From Styela clava (Eukaryota): a DNA stretch of 64,000 nucleotides. The stretch is from contig NC_135258.1 of assembly GCF_964204865.1 (NCBI RefSeq), positions 13,206,001 to 13,270,000 on the forward strand, in the 5' to 3' direction. A program made the position numbers and the translations under genes. The notes below the pieces were generated by a model. The model searched no databases and was not told the origin of the DNA. It saw only the letters and a list, made by a program, of their open reading frames with translations. The stretch's first letter is position 1; each line of letters starts with the position of its first letter. This document shows positions 11,893 through 26,200 of this stretch, piece by piece.

Positions 11893-13414
11893 TAATCGTG
11901 CATTTTCATGCTAATTAAAGATGGATCCTGAATCAAAATTAAGCCCAAATGCCTATATTTTCGAATTTGGATAGTTCTGTGTGTCAGGTAGCTTTGAGGA
12001 ATCAGCTTCTATTAGTAGATATTTCTCAAAACTAACGGTAAAAAAATATTACGCTCTCTGCCAAATTTCGGTTTGACATATCTTCTTTGTTTTATTATCA
12101 CATTTCAAAATCATTGAAAACCAAACTGCCATTCTCGGTTGTATGAGTATGAATTCAAATTGCCACATGTTGGTGCAATTTTACAAAATTGAAACGGCAC
12201 AATGGAACTGAGAAAATATAACAAAAGAATACAAAAGTTATATCTGCCTGACAGACACTTCTTTCTTCAGCTTGTAAAAACTTAAAAGCGATTGTTCTGT
12301 TTTTTTTTGTCCTAACAAAAAATTAGCAAAATAATACACAGGCCCACTTCATGTTCAAAAATTCTACATGTTTAAGTATTTTGAAATAAAATTAGTATAA
12401 ACTGTAAATTTGTTTGTTACTCATGTATTTTTTATTAACCATGTCATACATTACCGTAATTGTTTCAAGATGCTTGAATAATAAAAAATAGCCTGTGGAC
12501 ATGAAATCAATTGGAGAATAATTAACCTACCTTTTATTCTAAAAGGACGATTGAGGTCAAATGATAGTTGAGGAACAAAGTTAAAGATTCATTATATTTG
12601 CTTTGCTGTCAATATATTCCTGTTAAGACTTGATTGTCATTGATTAGAGCAAGAGTAGTATATTGCAAAACTGCTACAACAGCTTTTACTTTATTGCTCT
12701 AATAATATTTACTTAGACATTTTATGATGATTGCACAGTGCACATTGCGTGTAAGGTACAATTTTACTTATCAGCATTTTAATAATGAAGCTGATAGTGA
12801 GAGTCCACAATATTAATAGGCAAGAACTGTGGGATTAGGGCAGTTCTGTGGAACACAGTACTCCCGATTTTTAGCACAGGGCATAGTACAAAGTAGACTA
12901 AATTTTGGCTATGTGCCATAGTATTCCCTCTCAAGCCATAAATAAGTAGTACTGTTTTGAACACAAGCAATAATGGATTACATCGTTTATCCTAGACCCA
13001 AAGTTGATTAACAATTTCTGGCTAGTATTTTTTTATATATTGATAGTTTATGTAATCATGAAATTCATTGTAATAGTCAATTGATTAGGATTGTGAAATG
13101 CATCCTTGTTTGTTTGGTAACACACTACATAATTGTTTCTTGTAGACAGTGAATTAGGCATTTGAAGACTATTAGTTGCTATAGTTCAGAATTTTAAAAT
13201 AAATTTCTGTTCAGGTGGTTAAATGAATTTTTAGATACTAAAAGCTGGATAATGCACTCTTATTTTGTGGTATTGAAATTCTGCATCAAAAAAGGTTTTT
13301 GTTTGGTGTGAATAGGCAATTCAATTAGTATACAGAAATGTATGGATATGATAGGTTGGTTGTAATATTGATTTTCACTTTTTAACATTTCAATAAATAA
13401 TACTGCTTGAACGT

Positions 13415-13460
13415 TTTACTTCCGGTGAATTTTACCAATCAGTGGGTGTGTGATAACTTC
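13415..13460 (+). promoter_or_regulatory. Probable GK5 promoter with ETS-type CTTCCGG and CCAAT motifs
   Basis: ACTTCCGGT and ACCAATCAG lie just upstream of a non-coding exon ending at donor GTATGT (~13580). Its acceptor is at 14166, before the GK5 ATG. Confidence 0.45.
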
Positions 13461-14200
13461 CTTGATGGCTTCTGAGAATGTACGCAAATTTTATTAAGTC
13501 ATATCAGGACTATTACAGAGGTTTCATATTTGGTGATATAAGAAGTATATATCATTCGGCAATGGGCTTCTAACTCAGGGTATGTTTGTTTGAACGACTT
13601 TTGTTAATGTTGCAGAAATATTCAAGATATCTGAAATGCAAAAAAATCAGGAATCAGCCAGGAATAATTGAAGGGAGGGTAGTTCTAAATTTGTAATTGC
13701 CAAGCTAGACCGTAAGAGCCAGCGCATATGGAAACGTGGGTATTCAAGAGTCTTGACGGTCTAAAAAGCTGTTTAAGCTACGAAAAAATGCCTGAGTATT
13801 GTACAAAAAATGTATTTTTTCACATTTTATAAGGGGGGGTTCTGACTCACAATTAGAGACCCCCACCCTCTGGGTATGCTCAAGTTGTCATATGACTGGT
13901 TGAACGATTGAATATAACATGTCCAATCCAGATATTTTTTGTTGCATCATGTAGTTTATTTAATACTGTAATATGCATTATCCATAGTTGAATGTCTACA
14001 TCATGCTCTGGACAGAGAAAAATATGATATGACTAAATTTTCAATGCTGCTAAACCACTAGTTTTTTTTCGAATACTTACTAAAACAAGCAAATGAATTT
14101 TTACTAATTTAAGGTGGATAATAACTAATTTGGGTGAATATTCATATCTCTATTGATTTTATGCAGTTTAAAATCGATTAAATGTAAAGGAATAGGTAAA

Positions 14201-17200
14201 ATGGCCAAAGTAAAACAGACTAGTTTCAAGTTGAGCGGTGGAGAAGGTGATGCAGGATCTACAAAAAACTATGTTTTATCTTTGGATATAGGTACAAGCA
14301 ACATTAGATGTCATGTGTATGATAAGAAGGTCAACATGGTTGGAAGGTAAAATTTAGGTTTTCTGTAATATGCATTCAGTATTTGTTTCAAAACTTTCAC
14401 TGCCATCTCTACCCATAATTGAAGCCCTTTTAAACAATAGTGAAACAACATTTTAGCTTTTCATATGGTAGGCGAAATTTAGGCACTCGTTTCATCTGTA
14501 GCAAGTATAAATATAGATTATACATAATGGAAATATGGTGTGATTAAATTTATGGCCTTCAAATGTAACCATTCAAAAATACATAATAGTTGGACATATT
14601 AACTTGGATTCGGAGTCTTGTCGTTGATAAGAGTTTGTTAAAAGGTCCTAAAATCGAGTATATGGTCAATCTGCATTTAAGACCGATTGAAATTCAAACT
14701 CCATGCCTCAAAATTAAGATACGACTGCAAATAGACCATAATACCTAATAGCAAGCCATTGGAATAGAATTGGGAAAAAAACACTATCTGCTTGGTGAAA
14801 ATGATGCAAAATCGGACTAAATCTTTAATTATTTTTTCAGGTCTTGCCAACCAATAAAAATCAAGTATATAGGATCACAAGGTGTTGAAATTGATCCCGA
14901 TGAATTATGGCAACAAGTTCTTGAAGTTATGAAGGTATTTAAAATAAGTTTGTGTATTATAAAGATGAATTTATGATCTTTTATGAGGTATATAAAGCAC
15001 ATATCTGAATAGTGCTTAGAAATTAATTTTGGTTGCTAGTTTTATTATATCGTTTATTGAAAAATATGTCATCCATTGAATCAAATAGTTCTCGGTCATA
15101 AAGTTTAGCAGACATAATCAATTTCCTGTAGTTTGTGACTTGAAGATATTGTTCCCATATTTAAAGATAATTTAGTGATTATACAAATCACATCTTCCCT
15201 TCTGTCATATTTATAGGGTGCTTTGGAAGATGCAAAAATAACAGCAGATGAAGCAGCAGCCTTGGGAATATCAGTGCAGAGAGGAACATTTTTACTCTGG
15301 GACAAGGAGACTGGAAAACCATTTCACAATTTTATTGTGTGGCAGGTAATGCTTCGAAATACTTGGTTATGTGAACTGCGTTTACTCATAGTTTATTAAT
15401 CCCCAAGAAATGGTATGCCATGATAAAACTTTTCCATGGCTGTGAAATAATATGCAGCAACACAACATTTTTATATTACATGTCTGGTAAAATATTCACC
15501 ATAGGTTATTTTGCGTGACGTAAAGTCATCCTTATTGACATAATGAAAAATTCTTAAATTAACAAAAATCTGGAATGTAACATTTTTGTTGAATTTCACC
15601 TTAATTAACCCAAACAAATCCAATTTGATATGCCAGATTGGATACTGAAATTATCATAAGGGCGCTATCATGACAGTATTCAATCAAGTATCTCTGTCAA
15701 ACCCCTCTAGACGAGTGTTACATTAAATTTTAAAAAGATCATTGTGTTGTGTAGTATCTCATTCTACCATATTCATAGGACACAAGAGGAGAGAAAATTG
15801 AAAGAGATTGGAATGAATCTTATACAATGAAAGTTGTAAAGGCAGGAGGAAAGGTTGCTCATTCATTTAGTCGTCAAAAACGTTTCATGGCAGCAGCTGT
15901 TATTAACTTTCGAACTAATCATGTGAGTGGAAACAAATTCATTTTGGCTTACACTTTCTATATATTTTGGTTATTTACTAGTTCCACACAATTGTGAAAA
16001 CAATGTGTATTACAATAGTGGATAAAAACTTGTTATAGTCCTATTGTACGTCTAAGTTGATATTATCAAACTTGATATATCGTTATATATTATTACAGAA
16101 ATTTGGGCAGTGTGGTGACCCAGCGGTTAAAGCGTGTTGGCATAGCAAATTACTCATCTTGTATCCCAATCTATTGGCTCCCACCTCACCCAGGATGTAA
16201 TAAATTACAATTTATGTTATTTAGCTATGACAAGATATATACATACATTTATACACACATATGCAGAATGATATACTGAACATTATAGTGTCATATTTTT
16301 CATGTCCTGTTTTTAGTTTTTTCTGTAATGGTATCTGGCAAACACTTGTATCTTTAAAACAATCTTATGTTCAATATATGATAATCATTTTATTCAGGTG
16401 ACAATTAGGTTATTGTGGGCTTTGGAACAAAACAAGAAATTAAGACCATTAGCTAAAGAAGGAAAAGTACGATTGGGAACTCTTGATACATGGTTAATAT
16501 GGAAATTCACATCTGGAAAGACTTACTGCACAGAAATGTCAAACGCTTCATCTACTGGAATATATGACCCATTTATTCAGGACTGGAACTCTTTTTTCTG
16601 CAATCTCATGAGTGTTCCATATCGGGTATTTCCTCCAGTATGGGACACGAATGCAGATTTTGGGGTATGTGATGCAAAATTTTTTGGATCCGAGATTCCC
16701 ATTCGGGCTGCGCTTGGTGATCAACAATCTGCTATGTATGGACAATGCTGTTTTAAAGCAGGTGAAGTCAAGCTCACTATGGGGACTGGAACTTTTATGT
16801 GCATGAATATAGCAGAAAAACCGCATGCTTCCGTAGAGGGATTCTACCCTGTTACAGCATGGAAAAGAGGTTCAGAGATAGTACATCTTGCAGAAGGATC
16901 ATGCAACACTGCTGGAGATGCCATAGACTGGCTAGTAAGGGTATTCGGAATCGAAAGTCCTGCACATACAGAAGCCATTGCGAAATCTGTTTCAGATACG
17001 AATGGAGTTTATTTTGTCCCAGCGTTCAGTGGGTTACAGGCTCCTGACAATGATTTCAGTGCTTGTGGGTCACTCATGGGTTTAAAAGGTTCTACTTCAA
17101 GGGCACAAATCGTGCGAGCTGTATTGGAGTCATTAGCATTCAAGTATGTGTATGTGATTTCATGTGAATATTCATTCTTGCAATCCTTCTATTATGACAA

Positions 17201-18352
17201 AAACTCTTGTTTCAGGAATGCACAAATATTTGTTGCTATGACATCAGAGGTATCATATCCAGTGAAAAGAGTTGTGTGTGATGGCGGAGTAACAGCAAAC
17301 AATTTTATTATGCAATTAACTTCAGATTTAATAGGTAACATTGTCATATATATGCTATAAATTGTATTAATTTCGGAGAACTATTCTTCCATGTGCCTTG
17401 TGTTGTTAAAATTGGATACTCAAAATCATTAGTTCTTGAAGGTCATTTGTTTTCAAATATGTTTATTCCCATATAATATTGATTGCATGGAACTTATGGC
17501 GGAATTTTTCAAATGATTGTTAAAGTTATAGCATTGTTAATTTACATCATCCGCAATGGCAAACACATATTATATTCATCGCACACAATTTAGTTTGTAA
17601 ATATGATAACAATAGATGATAACCTTTAAATTTTTGAAAAACATGCAATTCACACAGATTTATTAATCACCTCATTGTAAATTCCCTCAAACATATCGAT
17701 TTTCAGATCAACCAATACAGAGAATGAAGAAAACTGACATGTCAGCTCTTGGTGCTGCATTCATGGCAGGAAGAGCTGTTGGCGTTTGGAAAGATGACGA
17801 TTGCTTGAAGGTATTTTATATATATATCATTTGTATCAATTAGTCCAATTTTCTTGCAACTTAGTTTATATAGTTGAATTAGGTCTGCTTAAGCTATTGT
17901 CTAATATCTCTGATCAAATGTGCTAATTCAGTTGTTCAACTGTTTCAATCAATGGCACAGGTATTAATAAATGGTAATATTTTTAGATTTCAAACATCCT
18001 GAGATTCAAACTTACTTAAATATGCTAATATGAAAAATACCACATGATCTGGATGTGAAATATTCTAATTCCCATCTTGTCTTCAATAGGACGCGAAAAT
18101 ATCATTGTCATTTTAAAATTATCAAACAATATAAAAAGGAATTTTAATTTGAAGTTCAAAATTATTTTTAGTTGTATGGTCGATATATCATAGTTATAAA
18201 CTTAATAATTCTTAACTTCTATTATATATCAGGATCTACTCACTGTTGAAACTATATTTTATCCTGATAAAAAGAGAGCGCAAAAGTATGCTCCAATCAT
18301 CGTAGAATGGAAAAAGGCAATTGAGCGTTCGAAGAAGTGGTATCAGAAATGA
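14201..18352 (+). CDS. GK5: Glycerol kinase 5 (FGGY family)
   Basis: Exons 14201-14346, 14841-14934, 15217-15345, 15779-15922, 16398-17143, 17216-17334, 17707-17810, 18233-18352. Motifs [66 protein letters not shown]. Confidence 0.93.
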
Positions 18353-18610
18353 CTTGGTCGTATAGATATTTTCCTATTGTGTATAAAATAATTGTATATT
18401 AATATTTAGTCAAGCCAAAATCGCTGTACTGTATTTCAAATTGATTCATTTTTGGGTTTGACTGAGAAACTTTGATGCTATATTTTTCTGTTCAATAACA
18501 GACAATATATTGTAGCAGTGATTGGTTATTTGGATTTTTGTGTTACCAATTACTGATAAATAAAATTATTCCATATTTGGAAATAAACAGATCGGAGATA
18601 GAAAAAAAAT

Positions 18611-18725
18611 GGGTGCTCCTGAAGTATGCGCACCATGATGTCTCATAACCTGAACCCTAACCTGATACCTACACAACCTGAGTTCAGGTTGTGCGCCATC
18701 TTGGTGCGCATACTTCAAGAGGTCC
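18611..18725. mobile_element. Foldback MITE, family copy 1
   Basis: Arms GAAGTATGCGCACCA and TGGTGCGCATACTTC; internal ACCCTAACC. Related copies start at 35858, 41823 and 44093. Confidence 0.8.
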
Positions 18726-19587
18726 AAAAAATGTAATAAGGACGTTAATTTCAATCAGCATCTTGTGTTTTCGAAGTTAATTTTTGAGGCAAGAATTTTT
18801 AACCTGATTAAAAATTAAACAAATGTCATTTTCATAAAATTCAAAACCGGTTTCATTCTAGAACAAAACTACAACTACAATTTGAAAATGAAAAATAGTT
18901 CAAAATTGAATATCGAGACCCTGGGCTTCCATCGTCATCATTCAAATTTCATCAAAGCTCTATGTGCTTTGTATAACATTTATATTTGAATATCTTCCTC
19001 AACTTATATTTCCCCAACTTTTTATTCACTCGTAATTGTTTTCTAATACCTATGCATCATTTGAACATCTAATATTTTAATTTTTTGTTAAAATGCAATT
19101 GAGCTGATGAACCACTACCTAGCAATGCCAATGCATTCATGTTTTATATAAATATACTTTGTCTTTCATTAACGCTGTAATATAAATGCCGCCAGTAGAT
19201 ATTTTCATTCATTCTTGCTTTTTGGATCTGACTGATCCTTGGAACATAGGAATATTATATGAAAAGAATTTTCAACTCATGTTTTTATCACAAAAAGTGA
19301 TTTTGCAGTGAGACACAAACTCGTACGCCTTTGCAAAACTGAAAATGCCCTAGCATTTCTTCTTTGTTTGGATAGGGCAAATTTAGTTCATTCGTATTCA
19401 TCAATCTTCACCCAAAATGCAGTAGCTATATGCAGTTTTGTATTTCATTCAAAAATCATTATTATTGAACCCACGGTAGGTACAATCTTTGAGTATAATT
19501 CATGATAACGTGCAGTAGGATTACTGAATGCTTTTTTGCTGTTCTATATGTAATTGTGTTTAATTTTATTGAAATAAATATTTGCAG

Positions 19588-19880
19588 GGATGGAAACATG
19601 GTACAAATAGGTTCCTGTACTCTTTGTTATCATATATGGAAAAGGTAATTTTGAAGCAGCTGTAGTACCAAGATCATTTACATAATTTGGGTCGAGGTAT
19701 GGAAATAACATACGGTAATAAAATTTCTGAAGGATTGACATACACCAAGAACTGGGAGGCAGGATTTCCTAATAGCTAAAATCAGTTCACACAGGGGGTT
19801 CAGGACATGCATAATGAACTGCATGTCGTTGCTTATTTGATTTGAGGTTGCTACTGATGACATATTATGTGACAAATGAC
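19588..19880 (+). pseudogene. Decayed C-type lectin domain-like remnant
   Basis: After acceptor TTTGCAG, frame-broken pieces appear in CTLD order: GWKH, KGNFEAA, IIWVEV, LTYTKNWEAGFPN, TCIMN, ILCDK*. Confidence 0.4.
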
Positions 19881-20439
19881 AACAAAAATGGTAGGAGATT
19901 AAAGCTTGCAATTTTTATGAACAATATTGGAACTTTGTTTTTAATTGCGAGACACTCGAAATAGCCATTTCAACAAGTCCAATGAGATCAGTTGTTAGGG
20001 CATCATTTCTATAACCTTTTTCCATATCTTTAGGGTGATTAAAGCTCAGCTTTTAGTGCTTATATAACAATATGCGATGCTGTGTGAGGTTTAAGATGGC
20101 TTCACGCTTTTTATCGCAGTGGCACAAAAAGTTGGGAACCACGACCATACTACTAAAAGACGTGACGTCATAATTCCACCTGTGTCCAGATTTGAGTTGG
20201 CCTGACCAAATGCTCGATACAATATTACAGGTACCATACAAATATGGCACCTTTTACCTGTGAGATTGACATTTACAGTATACAACAATACTAATATAAT
20301 TACAAAGCCAGTAAACCGTGACGCAAAAGCGGCAAAAACAAAAAAGGGGAATTCCCTAAATACTTGTTAGCGTTATTCCCTACATACACAGACGACAGAC
20401 ACAGGTCGGCCGATACGGTACCTGTAATATACAGCTTAT

Positions 20440-23179
20440 TAGTAATTGAATTCTCTGTTAATATACAGTTAATATACAGCTTATTAGTAATTGAATTCTC
20501 TGTTAAGATGTCCAGAATAGAAAAAGAGGAACATAGAAGAGATATGGAAAAATTACAAGAACTTAAGGAAAAATTGGATAATGGAGAAAGAGTTTTGACC
20601 TTGCTAAATAAAAAGAAAAGTGAAATAATCAAGAAAACAAAAGAGAAAGATAAAAAACTATTAATCCAGAATACTGCAGAAAAATATGACAACTACGAAA
20701 AGTGTACTAAATCCTTTTTCAAACAATTGAAAACCAGACATATGAAAACAACAATTAGAAAATTGAAAGACAAAAACGGCACAATACAAAATAAACTTGA
20801 GGACAAAATGAATATTGTAACAGACTTTTACAAAGAACTCTATAGTAAAGTTGAATGCAATGAGACACTACAGAATATTTTTTTAAATAGGATACCAACA
20901 ACAGGAAGAAAAGTGCAACAAGAAGAAAATGAAATATTACAGCAAAATATAGAGAGAGAAGAAATATTTCAAACTATTAAAAGTTTTAAAGAAGGAAAAA
21001 CTCCAGGACCAGATGGTCTGGGAATAGAATTTTACAAAAAATGCTGGGACATAATAAAAGAAGAATTCATATTGGTAATGAAAGAAATGTATGAAGAAGA
21101 GCATATACCTGATACTTTAAAAATTGGTTACATAACACTGATACACAAAAGGGGGGCAGAAGATGAAATAAAAAACTATAGACCCATAACTCTATTAAAT
21201 TCATACTACAAAATTATTACAAAGATTTTAGCAAATAGAATTCAAAGTTTACTACCTAATATAATAGACAAAAACCAAGCTGCAATACCAGGAAGAAGAA
21301 TTAGTGAAATACTCAGTATTATTAGAGATGTATGTCAACAAGAAAAAAATATTATTGGAGAAAATGCGTTATTGTCACTGGACTTCATGAAAGCCTTTGA
21401 CTCTGTAGATTTGAAGTACCTATATAAAGTGTTAGAAAAATTTGGATTTGAAAACAAATTTATAAGTTTGATTCGGGAATTATACACAGGTTCTGAAGCT
21501 AGAATAATAGTAAATGGGTATTTGACTTCTAAAATTAAATGAAAAGTCTTGGATTTGCTGATGACGTGACTCTGGCATTAGGTAAAGAAAATTCCATAAA
21601 AGAAGCATTGAAAGTTATTGAAAGGCATCAAATAGCAACAGGTATGAAATTGAACAAATCTAAAACAAAATTAATGAGAATTGGAATTTGGAGACGAATA
21701 AACCCACAACAAGACATCAGTGAAGTTGAATCCATGGAAATATTAAATGTTACATTTGGGAATATAGATATGTGTCAAATTAATTGGATGAAATGTTTAG
21801 AGGAAGCAAAAAATGTTGTAAGAGAATTACAGGATATCAAGTTGACTTTAGAGGGCAAATGTATATTAGTAAAATTAAAGGTGTTTCCGCAGTTTCTATA
21901 TTTATCGAAAGTATTTCTGATGCCAAATTCTATAGGAAAAAGAGTGAATGACATGGTGGAAAGATTTGTATTCAATGGAAGAAGCATACTGAAAATAGGG
22001 AATTTGTGCAAACCAAAAAATTTGGGGGGTTATGATATTATTAACATACCCATTTTTACAATGTGCATGTACATAATTAGTGTCTTGGATTATTATAAAG
22101 CTAGAGAATGTGATTATAATGAGGATTACAATCATATTTGTATGTCCTTTGTTGAATACAATATTGGACAACAACTTAGTACATTTTGGGGGATTAGAAC
22201 TAAAAATACATGTTTACATAGATTTTGTCCTCAAAGTGAGTATAGATTAATATTAGAATTTTTAAGAAAGCATAACATAAGTAGTACAGATATAAAAGAA
22301 GATATGCATAAAACTATTTATAAAAAAATTGTTATTTCTATGACTGGGGACAGATTAATTTTTCTAAGCAATTGTAATTTAAATATTGCATGTGAGAATA
22401 TTCATAATAATATTCTGGCAAACTATATGAAAACCTTTAATTTCAAGTTAATGTGGGATATTTTACCAGTAAAAACAAAACCTGGAATAAGAAATATAGC
22501 AGGAAATGATATGTGTGTGTTATGTGGAAAAGAACCAGAATTTGTTAGCCATCTATTTATGAATTGTGAATATTTTGATTATGTTTTTGATTTTATGGAA
22601 AATACTGTTAGGAAATTAAATAATGCCAGACTTTTGAAAAATTATGAAACTTGTGTTTTATTGGATTTAAGCTATTTGTTACATTCCAACATTACAAGAC
22701 GAGATTTAGATATTATTGTTTATTTAATTTCAATCACTAGATATAAAATATGGATACAAAGAAATTCTGTTATATTCGAAGGTAATCCCCCTAATCAGCA
22801 CCTAGTTATCAAACAAATAAAAACTGCAATCACTTACAGACTCACTATTGAAAAAAATAGAAAATCACCAAATTTTGTCAGAGAATTTGAAATACTAAGG
22901 AATTGTATTTGAACTATAAATCTAGTGTGTATAAATTTAGTATGTATTAAAATGAACATGTCTAATATATTTAATTTTTTATGTTTATTGTACATAATCT
23001 AACTCAATATACTAAAAATTGATGAATTGTATGCTGATCTGCGATCAACACCTCAAACACTGATGGAATGGACATATGAAAAATGAATATTGGATTATTT
23101 ATCTTATGATTGCTCGAATGGTTATATACTTTTTGTTATAATTTATTATATTATCCCATTAAAAAAAAAAAAAAAAAAA
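20440..23179 (+). mobile_element. 5'-truncated L1-clade (Tx1-like) non-LTR retrotransposon with an internal deletion
   Basis: ORF2 fragments carry KTPGPDG, KNYRPITLLN.YYKI, LDFMKAFDSV, FADD and a C-terminal CVLC...HLF..C. There is a 19-nt poly(A) at 23161-23179 and a 14-bp TSD AATATACAGCTTAT (20426-20439 and 23178-23191). No ORF1 or endonuclease domain. Confidence 0.93.
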
Positions 23180-23247
23180 TATACAGCTTATCAGTGTTAT
23201 ATCGCCTGTTGCTGTATTGACAATTCTACTTTCAAAAGTTCTATGAA

Positions 23248-26200
23248 ATGAAGACAAAAAGGCGAAAAATCAATCTTAGCGATGTTGCCTCGCTTGAGAG
23301 AAGCATGTCTTGCCAAGATGTCTCATTTTCAAGGCCCAGAAGGAGGAAATCCAGCCTCAATTCTCTTGCGGACATTGAAAATGCCTCCGTTTCTTTTGGT
23401 ACATCTATAAAAGGTATAAATAAGCTACACTTATCGTACCTCTTGTACACTCATCAGTACGGAATACCAGGTTGGGTTCACAAATTTAAAAATCTGAAAA
23501 TATGTGGAGGAAATCAACGGTCAGACGGTTACATTGAACACAATAACATATCACACAGTTCGATTCCAAGAATAGCCCCCACATTGAAAGACATCAATTA
23601 TAACAGTTAGTGCAAACCCCTCCTTTAGGAAATGGTTTAAATCTAGAGCATTTAGCAAAATATCTCAAATTTGGTCATAATATTATGATGGCAGACACAC
23701 GTTGCGATTGATTTACTGGTAAGTTATTAAGACAAGACAAACAAGGCAATGACGTACTTGCTGCCGTGCCACACGCACTGTTTCAGAGAAATAGAAAACG
23801 TTTGTTTTGTTAAACCAAATGTTGGAAATCAGAGAACATAGCCCTACTGTATGTGGCCTAGAGATTACACATTTCAATTTTTATACAACTGCTAAAAATG
23901 TATTTATCATAATCCTATCTATACCATATGCAGTACTGTAAAGTGAACCCTGATGATAAAAAAGATATGGCAAAATGATTTTTAGGTGATGCAGATACAA
24001 TGATACCATGCGGACAAAGTGTAGAAAATAATAACAATTCTTTACATGATGTTGAATATCAGAATAACAGTGATGATGATTTGTTTGGTATGATTTTTAT
24101 TGTTTTCAATTAATTTTAATATTAATATCTCATGTCAATAATAATGAAAATAATTAATCATAAAATAAAATTTTGGCCTCCATATTTCATGTCATGGTAA
24201 ATGTGTTTTTCATTCTTATAAGCTATAGCAGGGGTCGGGAACGTTTTTGGTCAAGAGAGCCATAAAATATAAATATTTTCAATTGCATTTCCGTGCGAGC
24301 CATATAACATTTCTTCACTTAATCAGGCCTGAAATGTTTACTCAAAAGTCAACACATACAATGTCAGTATACACTTAATGTGATTATCTGATGCTGCATG
24401 TAGTCGCTGCGGGCCTTGAACGGTTGCTCACATGCAGCCCAAGTTGAATTCTACGATACTCATCGCCCTTTTTCGTTTAGGTATCTCCGTAGTGTTTTTA
24501 AAACTCTATCGCTTTGTGATGTCACAATATATGTTCCAGAATCCCCTTGTTTGTCACAATGCCTGTCTGGTAATTATCTTACATAACATAGACATGTGCT
24601 GGACGCGCCTTCTTAAACGTATTGGGAATTTCCTGCCAAATTTGGCTATAAAAGAGTTTGCAATCTCGTAACAATAGTAGGCTTAGTCTTGGGATATTAG
24701 ATTTTTTTGGGAGCCATATATGGCTCGCGAGCCATGGGTTCCCGACCCCTGAGCTATAGTATAGCTCGTAGTTTAACTTTTAATATTTTCTGGTATGTTT
24801 TAAAATATGAGTTGCATAATTTCATGCATTTCATTTCAGGTAACTTAACAGTTGATGAGAATAGATCACCATCTCCAATTCTTCCTAGTTACGCAAGCCC
24901 TACTCAGAAAATAAATAGAACGAAAAGAAGCCGTCAATCACTATGTAGTGTCAATTGGAGCGCTGATGAAACACTACTCATGAAATGCTCTGACCAACTT
25001 TTTGCTAACGAGAAAAAAGATGACCCGAAATTATCTAAAACTGTTCAAAATGTTACCGACGCAGACATTGAAAAAAAATCCCAGAAGTGTTCTGATACAA
25101 AATCTGAAATGAAAAACGACTCTGTATTTGGAGATATTGATTTATCCTATGTTGAAAATCAGATGAATACTAATATTAAAAAGAATTCAAAATCAGAGGC
25201 GCACAATAATTCACCAATCAAGTCAAAATTTGACCAAGTTGTTGAAGAGCCAAAGCCTGTGGCTGCTTCTACTCCATCTCGTGCATGTGCTGGTGGTAAT
25301 CTTATGCTCAAGCTCAAAGAAAGGTGAGTTCGCAAGATTGCAGATGTCAATGTTTTTGTGTCAAAGTTGACTTTCTTTGAATTTGAATTTGAAATTTTTT
25401 TTATCAACTTGGAGTTTGAAATTGAAGTCAAAAGTTTTTCTTAGCCAGAGTCTGAGTCAATTTTTTTTTCATGTTTAAGTTTTCCTTATTTTGGTTCGAT
25501 AATTTATTTTTACTTTTGTTATTCTTGGATTTTTTTTTCATATGATCTTGCTTGAACCTTCACATTCATATTAAATATATGAAGTTTACCTCAATATGGG
25601 TCAAGGTGATCCTTTATGCATTTCAAACTTGGCGAGAAAGAAGGTTCACAAAGTAAGATCAATGCAAGTGTCTGTTTTTGAGCTGTACCAAATGTAAATG
25701 TATTTAATTTTGTAAAATGCAGATTAAAAGCAAATGCTAATCAACAAACAGCATCAAGTTTTCATCTTCGTGATGCGGCAAAAGATTTTTCAAAAATTTT
25801 ATTGGTATGTTACGGTAGAATTGTACTATTAGTGTATTGTGAATAATCTATTCATGAATTACTGGTAATTCAAAATATAAATGAATATGTGATTTTAGGT
25901 TATCGATGTTTAATTTTAGGATGTTGGTGGAGAAAGCCAGTTTCTAACGCAATCACAGTTGAAATGCAAATCTCTAGGACCATTTTATGGACTTCCAGCA
26001 AAAGTTCAAAATTTGATGGAACAATTCAGAGGAATAAAGAAAGTTTATGGTATTTTTCGAATATTAATGATAACCCAAGTTAAGACGGTAAATTTTTTAA
26101 TATGACAAGAACAAAACTTTTTACTAGCACCCATTGAAGCTTGTTATTTATGATCAGAACTGAAAAAGTTTAAGACAGATAATATTACTAAAATGAATTT

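Noticed and set aside
20364-20507. N-terminal extension of the 392-aa ORF with repeated IYSLLVIEFSV
   Set aside because: A by-product of host flank plus the duplicated junction, not a real protein repeat.
21539-21542. Overlapping ATGA stop/start suggesting translational coupling of two ORFs
   Set aside because: Both ORFs are halves of one RT ORF with a conserved motif missing between them; a deletion explains it better.
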